64,000 bases of DNA, taken from Eukaryota sp. GEM-RC1 (lineage: Eukaryota). A model generated the notes under the pieces. It saw only the letters and a list, made by a program, of their open reading frames with translations. It ran no database searches and was not told the DNA's origin. Below, one piece after another: positions 39,340-52,079 of this stretch (within the stretch, counting starts at the first letter, position 1; every line of letters starts with the position of its first letter). Both the position numbers and the translations under genes were made by a program. The stretch lies in NCBI GenBank assembly GCA_040285855.1, contig JAUFOQ010000010.1, forward strand, positions 1,054,001 to 1,118,000, read 5' to 3'.

Positions 39340-39745
39340 TCGTAGAGTACCAAACTCGACTCAATCAAAATGAAGAAGATGGCGTAAAGCTTTGCTGGAT
39401 GGTTGCCCAGTTAAGCTGAGATTCGGACAATATACGGCTGAAGAAACTAACAAGTTGAACCTTTCGTTTAATCAATTGTGTACCTGGTGGATTTGGAGAG
39501 GTTTCGTTCCAGATGACACCTCCAACAGCAAGGTCAGAAGCGTATGCGCTTATGAGGATGTTGCTATTGAGACCAGGAAGGTCGCGTGGTATTTGATGGA
39601 CTATCAAATTTTTGATTGAATCAAAAGCCTGTTGGTGTTTGTGTTCTCATCTTACGCCTTTAGGTTTTCCTTTGGTCAGGGCGATAATTGGGGCTCGCAA
39701 TTGGGAGATTGCTGGTAATTATTCTCTGATGTAGTTGATTGTATT
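39340..39745 (-). mobile_element. Ty3/gypsy pol remnant (RT connection / RNase H)
   Basis: INYIRE.LPAISQLRAPIIALTKG, HQQAFDSIK and ASDLAVGGVIW..VSFFSRILSESQLNWATIQ. Confidence 0.8.
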
Positions 39746-40539
39746 GTATCTTTGTTAATATTTTTTAGCCCGTGTATTTTCCAAGTATGGTAGAACCCAT
39801 TTAACGTTGATATGGGTTTCGGTCATGAATGAGTTAGCAAAACTGCTTTCGCTTTTGTTGATACTGACTACTGATGTCGACGTCAATTCGTCTCCTTGTT
39901 GTTTTGCGATTAGATTTAGAGTATTACGTGTGGGTGGATTAATAGTCTTAAAATGACAGAACAAAAACTGAATTGTTGGCAATGTTTCATTGACCATAAA
40001 GTCTTCAACAACTGATTGTTGAGCTGCCCTCGATTCAAGCACGTCCACAGTAGTTCGTTGAGCAGCATCCACCATTCACCTCCCTTCAAAATTGCGACGG
40101 TGCTTTTTGTGTTGTTGATGAGGCTGATTATCTTCCCTCTAGTCAAATGTACTCAACATTGAATTGATTGTAAATTGATTGCAATATTATTTGGTCGATC
40201 GTCCGACATTACCAAATGATTGACCATTTAACCACCTAATCTTTAAAATATTTTATTTAATTAAAAAATTAAAATCTAATTAATTGGTTCTGAATCAGTG
40301 GTCAGAAATATTGAATTGACAATAAATTGGATTGTTCTTTTGAGAAATCAATCCGATTATATTGCTTGTTTGAAAAACCAATACTGTACTATTGTTCATA
40401 TTGTTCTGGAAACTACTGGAAGTCATTTGATTGTTTTCAGAAAGTTATATTAAGATGTAAAAAACAAAACTTTACAATCAAAATTAAACAATACAATTCT
40501 GCTTACTCATCACTATTCTCTGCTTCATCATCTAGACAC

Positions 40540-40830
40540 CAATGTTGTCTACACATTTCACTGACAGTCTCAAAATCCCAGAGTTCGTTGTTGTAGTGGA
40601 GAAACAACTGCATTTAAAGGTTCTTACTCCCTAAGCCCTGCCTGTTTAGACCAAGGAGACATATTGTTTTTGAAAACAAACGCTCAACTTCAACGGAAGT
40701 ACCTGTAAAGAACTTCAGGTCAACATAATTGTTGTTCCTCTCCGAATCCTTCTGTTGTTGGGAATTGAGAAGATCCTTCCTTCTTCTTGTCTTACCAGCA
40801 GCTGTGGTTTTCATGTTGGGAGTTACTGAT
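40540..40830 (-). mobile_element. hAT transposase C-terminal remnant
   Basis: YVDLKFFTGTSVEVERLFS..NRQGL..MQLFLHYNNELWD. Confidence 0.7.
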
Positions 40831-42130
40831 TTAATCAGTTTGAGAATGTTGAACTTGAGGCTTCAAGAAGGATTAAAGGAAAGTTCTTTGTTCACTTGTC
40901 AAAAAACCTTCAGCTCCTCCCAATATAGAAAGCACTACCATTTTATAGTTAGGGCAAATCATTACTTCAGCAGGACATGAAGTAATGAAGTATACTGAGT
41001 CATCGTAACGATTGACATCCTGAAAGTAATTAATCTAGCTTAAATGACATGTATGTAAACCACAATTATTTATACAAATGTCATAGATCGTGTCTATCGA
41101 TTCATAAATGAATTCTGTTTAACATAACTGCCATCACTTACTTGCAATAATATGACACTACCAACAGTACGAAAACTTCTGTCGCTGGCTTTTTTTTCCT
41201 TTATCGACACCAAAACGAGCCAATGCAACTAGATTTACTTCCCACTTTGGAAGATGGAGTGCCAAGTTTACTTCCACCAGTTGTGGACGTAATTCATTTG
41301 ACCAGTTTTGTCGAAGAAGTGGGAACTTCAAGAAAACTTGGATCTCTCTACAAGGATCGAGTTTGAATATTGCAGAAGCAATAAACTTATTCGACTTACA
41401 ACATAAAGATTATGTGGATATGATAAAGGAGCTATTATCTTGTATAAGTTTCTGGGTTTAACTATTATTTGGTGTAGCTAAATGTGAGAATCTGGCCGTT
41501 CACATCTGAGTCGATTTCGGACTTGGATTGAATGTATGTTTATAACTAACAAGAAACGATAGAAACATACTTAAAAAAAAAGTTCTAAGTAAATCCGTGG
41601 AGAACACTTCAAAAGCTCATTTGTACATCACGATTATGATGCAATATTCCGTTACAAAGTACAAACAATCCAAATATCAAAATGAACTGGTCGGTGATGT
41701 GACAAATTGCGTTGCCCTCTCAAAATTTGTACAATGTTGTGATTCAAGATCAATCTGACTCATCAATAGACTTGTCTGATCTTGCAGAACATGAACAACA
41801 TCAAAAAGTTCATGTACTAAAAGACTTGCTAAGATGAAGAAGTCTAAATCTCCAAAGGTTGTTAGAGAAGAAAAATTAAATTATTTAAATTATTGAATGA
41901 AGAAACTCAAGCAATGAGTTAGAGTCAGATTCTACTGGAACAACTGAGATTACTTCGACTCCACTTCCTCCTCTTAAGTCTCTTGTCAAAAAATCCAATT
42001 TTACGAAGAATCCTTTTTGGCTTTAGATTCCTATAAATAATAATAAATATAAACTCTTTCCTTCATTGTGTACAAGAAAACATCATATACATATATTCAT
42101 AGAAGATTTCTACTTTCAAATCATGTCTTC

Positions 42131-42975
42131 ATGTCTAAACGAAATTCTTTTCGTCTCCGATATTCCAAAAAACAATCTCTTGAAGAATTTTCTGATGAAG
42201 ACTCTATAGATGAACCACTAGTAAGTGTTACCATTCAGTATTGTCAGCCTCAACAATCTTACAGTGTCAATGCTGTACAAAAAAGGAGAAGAAACCGCAT
42301 TCAGAAGGTTCAATTCTTCGATCCCACTGTCCTAGTTGTTTTTCTTGTTAAACAACATGAAAGAGTGATTCAAGTGTCAAATTATGATGATGATGCTCGA
42401 GATGTTCTTTCATCAACTTGGGTCATGATTGATAAAAGTGATTTTACTTTGAAACAGCTTAACAAACTATCTTCTGTACTACCTTTGGACATTAACATAA
42501 CTGAAATCTCAAGGTCTACTTATGCTTTACTTGATAACAATCTTTCATCTCATTTTCCCAATGCTAATTATATGCTTTCCTTGAGACCATTTACGGTTCA
42601 AAATGCTGGTTTAGATATATATGTTGAGCAAACAATTCAGAAAGGACAAGTTGTGCCTTTTTTTGGACAATATAGAACAGAATTTACCACTCGCACCCAT
42701 CCAATCTATGTTAGCAATGCTTGGAAGTTGCTCAATGGAATGGTGATTGAAGAGATAAAAGAACATCATGGTACGCACTATTCAACTGATGATCACCATC
42801 TATCGATTGCAAAAGACAACATTATCAGTTGTGATAGTTATTTGTTCATCTACTGATAAGATGGACACTCTCCAGCAGTTTCTTATCACAGCGACAGTCA
42901 CCTTATCTCAACTCTTAACTTGGTATTTTAGCCCCAACCAGATCAAAATTGAGTATGTATGGCATTTCTTCATAT
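42131..42975 (+). pseudogene. SET-domain-like protein, disrupted
   Basis: LRPFTVQNAGLDIYVEQTIQKGQVVPFFGQY resembles the SET N-terminal GxG..I.KG..Y.G strand; past the stop at 42856 the frame reads AVSYHSDS, resembling NHS. Confidence 0.4.
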
Positions 42976-45900
42976 GAGTAATCGATTCAGAAATCCACTA
43001 GTGGATCCTCTAGGGTAGTGGCTCTTGAATGACCAAATGTTGCCAAGGTCAAGTGGCTGCAAAAGACTGGTAGTTTTGCGGGTCAAACACTCCTTACTTA
43101 ATCGATTGCAGAAAATGAAAACGTACTTAATTTTAGTTCATTTGATCTGTTCATCATAGAACCTTGGTAAATGCATTGTTTCCAGAGCCTGTCAACTTAA
43201 TAATAATTGTATGAAGTTGCAATGAAGAATAAGCATCTCTTACTGGCTTCTTAGTACTCCTAACGTCATTAACAAGAACTCAATAATAACTGATGATGAA
43301 ATTTACTCTCACCATTTCACATTTAAATACCAAAATCTTAAAATGTTCAAATTAACAGTACTAAATGAAATAACTACTCACAGTGAACTTAATTGCGCTC
43401 GGTAAAAACTGTTCAGAACCAATTAACATGAAATTATGCCAAATGACACATATAAAAAATTTTCAACAAACTTAGATCGAGAAAGATACGCAATGAAGCT
43501 GAAGTAGAAGTACGGACAAGGAAAGATCAATACAAAACGTGGAAAAAACTGTGGTAACAGAATGAAATTTATAAGGCACTGACGATAAAAAAAGAGCGCT
43601 GAAAATTCAAGAACTAGTAAGACTCAGGAAGTAGACAGAAGGAATGACTAAAGAGGAAACGTTGATATTGTGGATGAACTTCCAATGATAGAATGAAGCT
43701 ACTATATCTTCGAGGGACAGATGACGTGATCAATGGGAGAGATGTCTACCTGGATGTCAAGGCAAACAGAGGGAGTGACTTCAGTAAGGAACTGAAAGGA
43801 AGATCAATGAACAATGAAGAGAGACGTAGATAGGAGTCATCGTAATATCACTTTAAGGAAATGACATGAAGTGGTTTGTCAGAATGTTCATAAAACAACA
43901 TACATGTGCGCGCAGTTTGTGTTCTTCCAGCCACTTCTCTTTCGCAGAAGACACGTGTTGATGACGTTTACAGCAGTAGGAAGAGCTTGATAAGTGTTAT
44001 CGAAAGACGGAGATACAGAAAGACGGAAAGATACGTATGATAAGTAACACTAGGAGAGAACTCAAGAAGAGAGTAGATAGCTCCCCAGTTTTAGAATTGT
44101 TACATCAGGTTGAGGGACAGGTCCTCATTGTTGAAGACCAAGCTGGATCCTTTACTGTCCCGATACGATCTTCCCAAGAGCAAAAACAATAGATGCGGAG
44201 AACAACATGAAGATTTTGATGCTCAAGGAGGTTCCTGCCATTCCTTAGCTTAATTCTTCATTTCTCATTAAGCGAGACCATTTTAAAAGCAACTATAAAC
44301 GTGGAGCACCCCAACCTCGTTCAAGGAATTCATGATGACGTGATGAGGTTTCCGGACAGAGAAGTCCATAAAGAGTAGTTTCCACAAGATCTCTGAGAGT
44401 ATAATGTGTATGTTTCTCAAAAGAACATTTCGTTCAGTATATATGAAAGTTGTTTAAGGAAGAAGCGCAGTGGGAGGATGCAGTGCGGCCAAGTTTACAT
44501 AGAAGCAATGGAAGGTGGTTAGAAAGGTTTGGAGGATTAGATGAAACAATGGAAAGATCTGATCAAGTTACAGCATATTCAAGAGGCATCTCCTCGCTCT
44601 TTAAAGATATCTACATGTACTCTTTCTGATGAACTTTTCTCCTTCAAAGAACAAATCTCATACATCGTGACATTCTCTTTACTAGAGACAGTTCGAAAGT
44701 TTTTTCTCCATCCAATATCTTCACAGAGATCATCGATCTTACTCGCCAACTCTTTGATGCTCTTTAAATTCCAACTCTCTACAAGAACTTCTTCAGAGTT
44801 TCAGCAGCCTCGTTCTCCTCAAAAGAACGAGGCTTAATACTCATCCCTATCACTTAATTACTTCCCCAAAACCTGAAGAGCTCTAGGAAGTTGTAGATAA
44901 AGCTGTAAAGAAGGATGTGAAGGTGTTTTGTGTTGTGAAAGATAATGAAGAGTCATCAGTTATATGATCATCAGTTTTAAGGAACTTAGCCTTTTCAATG
45001 AGTGATCCAATGGATAACATTAATCTTGAGATGAAATTGTTCTTGGTCGTTACACTACTTTTTGACCTCTCTCCAACAGTGTAAGGGGTTGAACATCACA
45101 AACACGAACAGACTTAATAACAAGGGGTGTAGTAGTAATGAAAGAACTCACAAATTTGTTATAATCAGCATCAGTTGGCACGCAGACTTCAAAATTGGAT
45201 TTTGCACAGGACAACTGTTGGCACTCCACGTGTTTACTTGTACTATTAACCTTTCAGTAGTTCTATTCAGTGGGTGAAGGAATTTCATCCACACAGAATG
45301 TCTGTCTTTATCCGTAAACGTAACAAAAAGTTTTAATGTGAACATTGTGTCACTAATTCAATTTTTGACATGTATTCTTGTCTTCACAGAGAACTTCTTG
45401 AGTTGTATACTCTGTTATTCAAAACTTAAAATTTTTGATTAAAATTAAAATCATAAAATAAGATCTAGATACATACCAGGACCCGCAACATATCCATCGG
45501 TTATTTACAAAATTTGAGTCAGAGCCTGAGAATCATCACGATACAATGGTTCTTCATTGAACGGTGGAGCTAAGACACATTTGTTAAACAACTTCACTGG
45601 AAAGGGCTCGAAAGGAGTGTAACCCTGTGGAGGTAAACGTATTGCTACACATGTACTTAACAGTTCAGCATGGTGGACAATGTCCAATAACCCAAAAGCT
45701 TTCCCCAGGACTATTAAACATACGGACTGAACAAAAATAGAATAAAGCTTAAAAGTTCATTAGTTCAGATGATGAGAAATCTTCGGGCAACCGGACAAGC
45801 TTAGTTAAAATTGAAGTGGAAACATCACTTTTCAAACCGTTTTCATCCAAAGAATGACTTCTAAGGAGAAGATATCGCTCTGTTCAATAAGGGAATCCCT

Positions 45901-46308
45901 GAAGGAAGTTTAATGGGAGGAGTAATTGCTGGAGTTATTAAAGACAACTGGCTTTCAGCTACAAAAACTCTTGGGATAAGAGTGAACCTACTGACTGAAT
46001 GTCCAACACTAGCTAGAACCGAAGAATTGTTACTCCCATAAATGTAGTGATGAACTGAATATGCTTCACTTGAATTCGTATCAATGACCACCAAAACTTT
46101 CCGTGATGTTCAAAATAAATGCATATCATTCCGTTTTCCATTTTCCATTTTCATGTCTTATGCTTCAGGTTTTGTAAGATTGCGATGTAACAATTGTCAT
46201 CTTACGACATAACACCTTCTCTCAAAACTTGCATCTCCTTGTACAGCTCGGCCTTCACAACCTTTGTCAAAGAGATTTACTAAGACGAACTCGTCTACGA
46301 AGAACCAA

Positions 46309-46556
46309 TACTCTACATTCTTCTTTCCACTTCTCTTCCTGTCAACCTAAAGACACAGATGTCAGAAGAACTGGATACGATACATTCCATGAGACACTCT
46401 TCTTTCCACTACTATTCCCGTTGAGCTAAAGACAGAGATGGAAGGAGAACATGATATAATACATGCCATGAGATACTCTTCTTTCCACTACTATTCCCGT
46501 TGAGCTAAAGACAGAGATGGAAGGAGAACATGATATAATACATGCCATGAGATACT
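46309..46556. repeat. 79-bp tandem repeat, ~3 copies
   Basis: CATGAG recurs at 46388, 46467 and 46546; two near-identical units plus one degenerate upstream unit. Confidence 0.9.
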
Positions 46557-46758
46557 TTCCCTCGATGTCCGCTGTTTTGAAGAACTGGTCTTCATTTATA
46601 CGAAACGTAGACCTATAGAGTCTATATTACATCTACAACTAGACCGATCTTACTTACTTCTATTAGTTAAATAAACCTTTTACACGTATTTATAACCTAT
46701 GACGTTTCTACAACAAGATTGCAAACATACAATTTACCGGCATAATTTCTGTTCTAAT

Positions 46759-47658
46759 ATGGCTACATATCTCCCCCAAGAACGTCAACTTCCTGGTGAT
46801 ATATCAGCTCCCGCTTTAAAACAACCAAGAATGGCAACAGATCCCATATGGTCTTGGAACCAGCTAGCTGGTTATGACACGTACGATCTTCACTTACGGT
46901 ATGGGTCTTTCAAAAGATCGTCAAGCTATTTTTATGTTGACGTTAAGAAAGTATACCTCAGACTAATCAAGGACGCTACTCCTCAAAATCTTGCATTTTT
47001 TCTACAGTCACACTTTGACACACAAGTTGTAGAACACGAAGTCAAGATTCCAGAGACAGTAATTGAGCTGTCACTCAGAAAAGAAGAAACCAGCAATACA
47101 CACTGGATAAAAGGGAAACCTCTCACTCCTGGTTGCTTGCAGAAATGGTTAATGGATCAAGACTTACTGTTTGTCAGAATAACTTCCGAACTGACAAAAC
47201 AGCAATACAACTCGTATGTAAAGCTTAAGATGGATGAAGAACGGAAGTGTATTAGTGTTCGTGACTTGGAAGAAGTGCATCCAACAATCTCGTTGCCGAA
47301 TCACGCTTGGATGAAGATGAAGTTGATGTACGAATCAGCCGAGATTTCTGATATCAGCATTATTCCACCAGAGATAATGAAGTACGTTCAACATGCTCCA
47401 AATCAAGAAATTTTAGTTGGGAATGTAACTTATTCAGATATCATTGTCCAACACGCAAATCAGCTGATCGCACAGGTTGAAGAAAGTGTACGAAAGTTTC
47501 GTTCCAGCCTCATGGAGCAAATGAGTGCTGACTTATCTTTATTTATTGCATCAATCAAAGCCTCTCCACCATGTCCTACAACTTTGAATGATGGTGCTCG
47601 CAGAAACTTTGATGCCGCACCAGATGCTGAAAACTCACACTTGAAACAATTGAACTAG
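46759..47658 (+). CDS. uncharacterised transposon-associated protein (299 aa), convergent with the DD34E transposase
   Basis: Intact ORF (alternative ATG at 46699); its stop lies 67 bp from the transposase stop; homologous remnant at 31230-31700 in the same arrangement. Confidence 0.75.
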   Translation: MATYLPQERQLPGDISAPALKQPRMATDPIWSWNQLAGYDTYDLHLRYGSFKRSSSYFYVDVKKVYLRLIKDATPQNLAFFLQSHFDTQVVEHEVKIPETVIELSLRKEETSNTHWIKGKPLTPGCLQKWLMDQDLLFVRITSELTKQQYNSYVKLKMDEERKCISVRDLEEVHPTISLPNHAWMKMKLMYESAEISDISIIPPEIMKYVQHAPNQEILVGNVTYSDIIVQHANQLIAQVEESVRKFRSSLMEQMSADLSLFIASIKASPPCPTTLNDGARRNFDAAPDAENSHLKQLN

Positions 47659-47725
47659 ATGTTTATTTATTTCTGACTTGTTTCTAATAAATAGTATTAA
47701 AATGATTAGTCTTCGACTAAAATAC

Positions 47726-48772
47726 TTAGATTTTCGTCAGTAAGATAGGAAGATCGGTAAAAGATCTTTGATTCCAGCCGGCCTTCTGAAATAGTGGCCT
47801 GCAGTTGTAACCACGTAAGCTTTCAAGTGAAGTCGTAATTAGTTCGGCAACCAAAGCATCTGGAAAGCAATATGATAAATCGCGCACTCTTTTTCTCATC
47901 ATGCTAAAGAAGCTTTCGATGGGATTACTCTCCGGTGAGTAGGGTGGCAAAATGAAATACTTAACAGCACTTTTTCTCATCCCTTCGTAGAGATCTGGAC
48001 TACGATGAATGTTGCAGCCATCAAGTACAATTACTGAGCGAATTCCTGGAAATTTTGAAGTTATTCCGGAAGAAATGATATATTTCAAAAAGTCAATAAA
48101 GCCGATGCGGTTGAAATGACCTTCTTGAAGAAATGAACAGACATAACCTTGTATATCCATAGCAACCACAAGAGACAATTGCCGTTCAGGAAACCTCTTC
48201 TTCATACCAAAAATAGTGGTACCTGACTTCGACCAGCCATGCATCCTCTGAAAGTGCTCCTGTCGGAAGGAGACTTCATCAATAAATAATAATTGCTCCT
48301 GTAGAATGCAACCTATTTGAGTTTCCAATCGAATTTCAAACATTACGATAAGATTTCTTTTAGTATGCTTAATGACATGAGAAGCAGCTTTATGGCTCAA
48401 TCCCGCTCTTTGTAAAACTCTTCGAATAGAGGACAAACACACAGATTTTCCAAAGTATGTTACAGCAAGCTGCTGAAGCTCACGAAGAAACAATAACGGT
48501 GTACTGTCAATTACTTCCAATAACGTAGAAACTTCTTCATCTGATAGGATTCTTTTCCTACCTCGGTTTTCGTCAGGTGAGGAATCGAGACTGTCTTTCA
48601 ACCAGCGGGAAACAGTCGATTGTGACACAGAGTAGAACCGAGCAACTTCTTCACTGTTGAAAAGTAGAGCTGCACAAGCTCTTACACGAGTATCTTCTGA
48701 TGCATGAGTTTTCAATGATCGAAGTTCATTGATTGTTCTAAGTGCTAATAGAACATCAGAAGTAAGAGGCAT
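47726..48772 (-). CDS. intact Tc1/IS630-type DD34E transposase (348 aa)
   Basis: HTH (VARFYSVSQSTVSRWL), GRKRIL linker, second HTH, FIDE, LDGCNIH and LPPYSPESNPIE; 34 residues between the second D and the E. Confidence 0.95.
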   Translation of the reverse strand: MPLTSDVLLALRTINELRSLKTHASEDTRVRACAALLFNSEEVARFYSVSQSTVSRWLKDSLDSSPDENRGRKRILSDEEVSTLLEVIDSTPLLFLRELQQLAVTYFGKSVCLSSIRRVLQRAGLSHKAASHVIKHTKRNLIVMFEIRLETQIGCILQEQLLFIDEVSFRQEHFQRMHGWSKSGTTIFGMKKRFPERQLSLVVAMDIQGYVCSFLQEGHFNRIGFIDFLKYIISSGITSKFPGIRSVIVLDGCNIHRSPDLYEGMRKSAVKYFILPPYSPESNPIESFFSMMRKRVRDLSYCFPDALVAELITTSLESLRGYNCRPLFQKAGWNQRSFTDLPILLTKI

Positions 48773-49699
48773 TATTGGATTGAAGCGAAATTTCAAATGC
48801 CGGGAAAACGCACTTAACCATCAAAAGTTGTACTATAGGTCTCTTTCTTTATAAAAACACAATGACTAACAAATGACTATATTGAGAACTCATCAATGAA
48901 TGAAGTAATTAGCCGTAGCAGTTCTTTAGTGTAAGAACTGCTACTTGAACGCTCGAGAGACAAAGCTTGATATTTGTAATGACTGGTTTCCTACTTGTTT
49001 GGTTTTATGCATACAACGGTACTTTGGATAATACTGGGTAGATGATTCAACATGGAGAAGTTGATGCGAACAAGAATAAAACACAGTTAGGAAAGATGAC
49101 AACAGGTAATCGGTACTTCTGGAGATAATACATCGGTCTTACACCGAAGTTTATGCTTTGTTGCATGTATCTACCGAAAATTGTTGAATGAAAAGATGTA
49201 ATGTTCTAGATCTATCATTGGTTCTCGTAGCGAGCGTCAATTCACCATATAAAGTGAGCAACAAGCGAAATAAGGAATGGAATGAGAAATGGAATGAGAA
49301 GTGCAGGAATTGGAATTGGAATTGAAGAATATCCAATTCTAAAGCACATCACAGTTAGTTTCTTTAAAGTGGACATTCAATCTGTCCATCGCCACAATTA
49401 CACATTCGTTAAAAAGTCAATGGAGTTGTTGAAATAGATTATTAGATCACCTTAATCGGTTAGTTACACTCTCCCACTGGTCGAAATTATACCCTACATT
49501 TATTTTTTCATAAATTTCGTCAATCCTACTACAAAATACTATCTTTCCACAATAGATATTACCAATAACAGAATTATCACAATAGAATTGCAATTCCCAA
49601 ACAATTTATTGATATTTATTGACAATAGGATTTTATTGGTCCAGAATCGCTACTCAATTATGTTTATTAACAAGAAAACTATAAAAACTATAAGTTACG

Positions 49700-50130
49700 A
49701 TTAAGATTTGTTTAACAGTCTCTTCATTCTAGAAGCGGTGGATGTACAATAGAAACAACTGTTTTCCCGAAGTAGATGCATGAAGAGCATGACGGTGACC
49801 ACCAATAGTCTTTTCAACTCGTTTAAGGTGGGTGGAATAAAAGAATCATCAAAAAATGTATTGGGAGTTGATTGAGTTGATTGAGATTTGGTCAAGTCTG
49901 TCTGCAATGTGACCCCAAGTTTGTGTTACACTTTCATCATCGCGAGGTGTCTTTTGTCTTCTGACAGCATGTCTTTCAGCCTCTGTAAGAGCACGTTTGC
50001 TTCCCTCTAGAATCTTAATAAGTCCAATTTCGAATGACGGTGAGTGAATAATGGCAGAGAGTGTGTCATAATCAGTGTAAACAGTCATTGATTCGTATTC
50101 GTGTTGTAGGACAACGAGAGCAGTCTTAGC
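49700..50130 (-). mobile_element. hAT transposase remnant
   Basis: AIIHSPSFEIGLIKILEG..LTEAERHAV resembles the 29646-30060 fragment (FKSAVLKIL..LTDEE). Confidence 0.5.
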
Positions 50131-52079
50131 CATGTGAAGAGTAAGGTCTCTACGTTGAAGAACTTTCGCGATGTCTTTGTCTTTGTCTTATTGGTTGGAA
50201 AAAACGAAGGAAAATTACTTGATACAATATTCATCAATAAATTGATATTGATGACTGTGAACAATAAGTATTGCATTACCAATATTTTTTTTCCAATCCC
50301 TGCTTACAACTTTCAGTGGTTTCCATTTTTTAAACAACTGATTGTCTGCATCTTTTGACATGTACAGGCACTCACAGTGATGTTACTGCCCACTGACGTA
50401 CTTTGTTCGTTCATTATGATTGTCGATTTTTAACAACTAAAAGTTACAACCAATATACAATGTATTTTCAAAAAAACGTCTTTTATTTATAATTACAAAT
50501 AGAGATCATCAAAATTAGCATAAGAGTTACCAATACATGTACATCATCTCAAATTCATGTTTCAATACAAAGAGACGGTTCAAAATCGAATCAAAATACC
50601 TAAACAATGCTTTGAAAAGGAATAATGACAACCTTCATCTGTAATCACTGTCATTAAAGTTCTGTCCATACTGCTTACACAGTTTGCCGAAACATCTGAA
50701 AAATGTTTGTCAGAAAAAGCCAAAGATTCCGCAGAGAAAAATAACAAAAAGATACAAAACAAACGGATTCTGTTGACGACAATTCGTGTTGGAGATTCTG
50801 TCACTAAAATGATGTAATTTTTTTCCTTCAACAGTTTCAAGAACTCAATAATTTTCTTCTACGATTTTAGTTACAGTAGTTTAGTTACAAGGATCAACCG
50901 TAGTAAAGCTTACAATTGTGTATTTTGATGATATGAAATACATGTTTATTGTCTATAAATGCAACACAAATACAATGATACAATGCATTAAAAACAATTA
51001 CAATGACAATTTTTGATACACTTGACATTCTGAAGTGTTGCTATTTGATTAATTTAGCTCAGTATGAACGCTGTTTGGTAAATTGATATCATTAATCAAA
51101 AGAATATGTTAAAAAACAAGGTTCTTGACATTCTAAAACTAGAGTGTAATATGAATCGATTTACATGTTTTAACAATTGATAGTACGTTTAAAATATTAA
51201 ATGATCAAGTATTTACATAAAAAATGGGTTTATGTGCAGAGAAGGACACACCGCAAAAAAAACAAAATAGAAAAACAGACTCGTTTAACAACATTTTCCA
51301 AAACGTCTATTAAAACAAAGTATCGAACGAACTACACAATTCTGAAAAGTAGTTTCGGCCAAACGACTTGACCAAAATAGTACCAACATATCGGCACATT
51401 GACTTAGAAATTGACAACCAAATTTACTTTCCAATACGACGCATTGAAGTTCTTAAAAGACACAATTAAAATTCTGAACACGCATTTTTATACAAATTTA
51501 GAACTTCTTGGAAATGAAACAAAAAATTTTTGTATACATATACCACAAAATGTTGAAATCCATTAATATTGTGTCTTTATTAGTTTAATACATCAATTTG
51601 TGGGAGTACTTTGATCCTTTTATGCATTCTCAGCGTCCGTCAGCTAATTTCTTGAACTGTTTTAAAAAATAACAATAAAGTAAGATCTGCAAGGGTTAAT
51701 AGTCTTACGATCAACTACATCTTCCTGGCACAACACCCAATGAACAATACAATCACTACGTTTCTGAACATAATCAGGGCGAAGTGACAGACGAGCAGTA
51801 AAGATCACATATAAACTCTTTTACTTACAATGTAGAGTTAAGCGAGAAGTGAAAATACAATTCTTCCAAGAAATGTTTATGTTCACCTTCTAGTGCAATG
51901 ACTGTACTTCTGCAACAGGGCTTAAACACTCATGATTCAGGTAGTGATAACATTTGGGTGTATAATAACAAGTGTGCCTTAATCCCTTTAACATATACAT
52001 GTAGTTTATTGTCCAAATTCTAACATTATCAGATCCATCACTCAGAATCAATGCAGTTGAAGTTATCCAGATCATTCAA

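Noticed and set aside
43900..45000. Degenerate gag/protease of an LTR element on the minus strand
   Set aside because: Only fragmentary knuckle-like and protease-like words across several frames; insufficient support.
46309..46556. CRISPR-like array
   Set aside because: Contiguous 79-bp tandem units with no unique spacers; eukaryotic context with no cas genes.
46759..47658. Fanzor/TnpB identity for the accessory ORF
   Set aside because: No recognisable RuvC D-E-D motifs or CxxC zinc finger, and it is short; a structure search is still needed to exclude remote homology.
46609..48842. AGACCTATAG / CTATAGGTCT as the TIRs of the two-gene element
   Set aside because: Only 10 bp match and there is no TA duplication on the right; used only as tentative limits.
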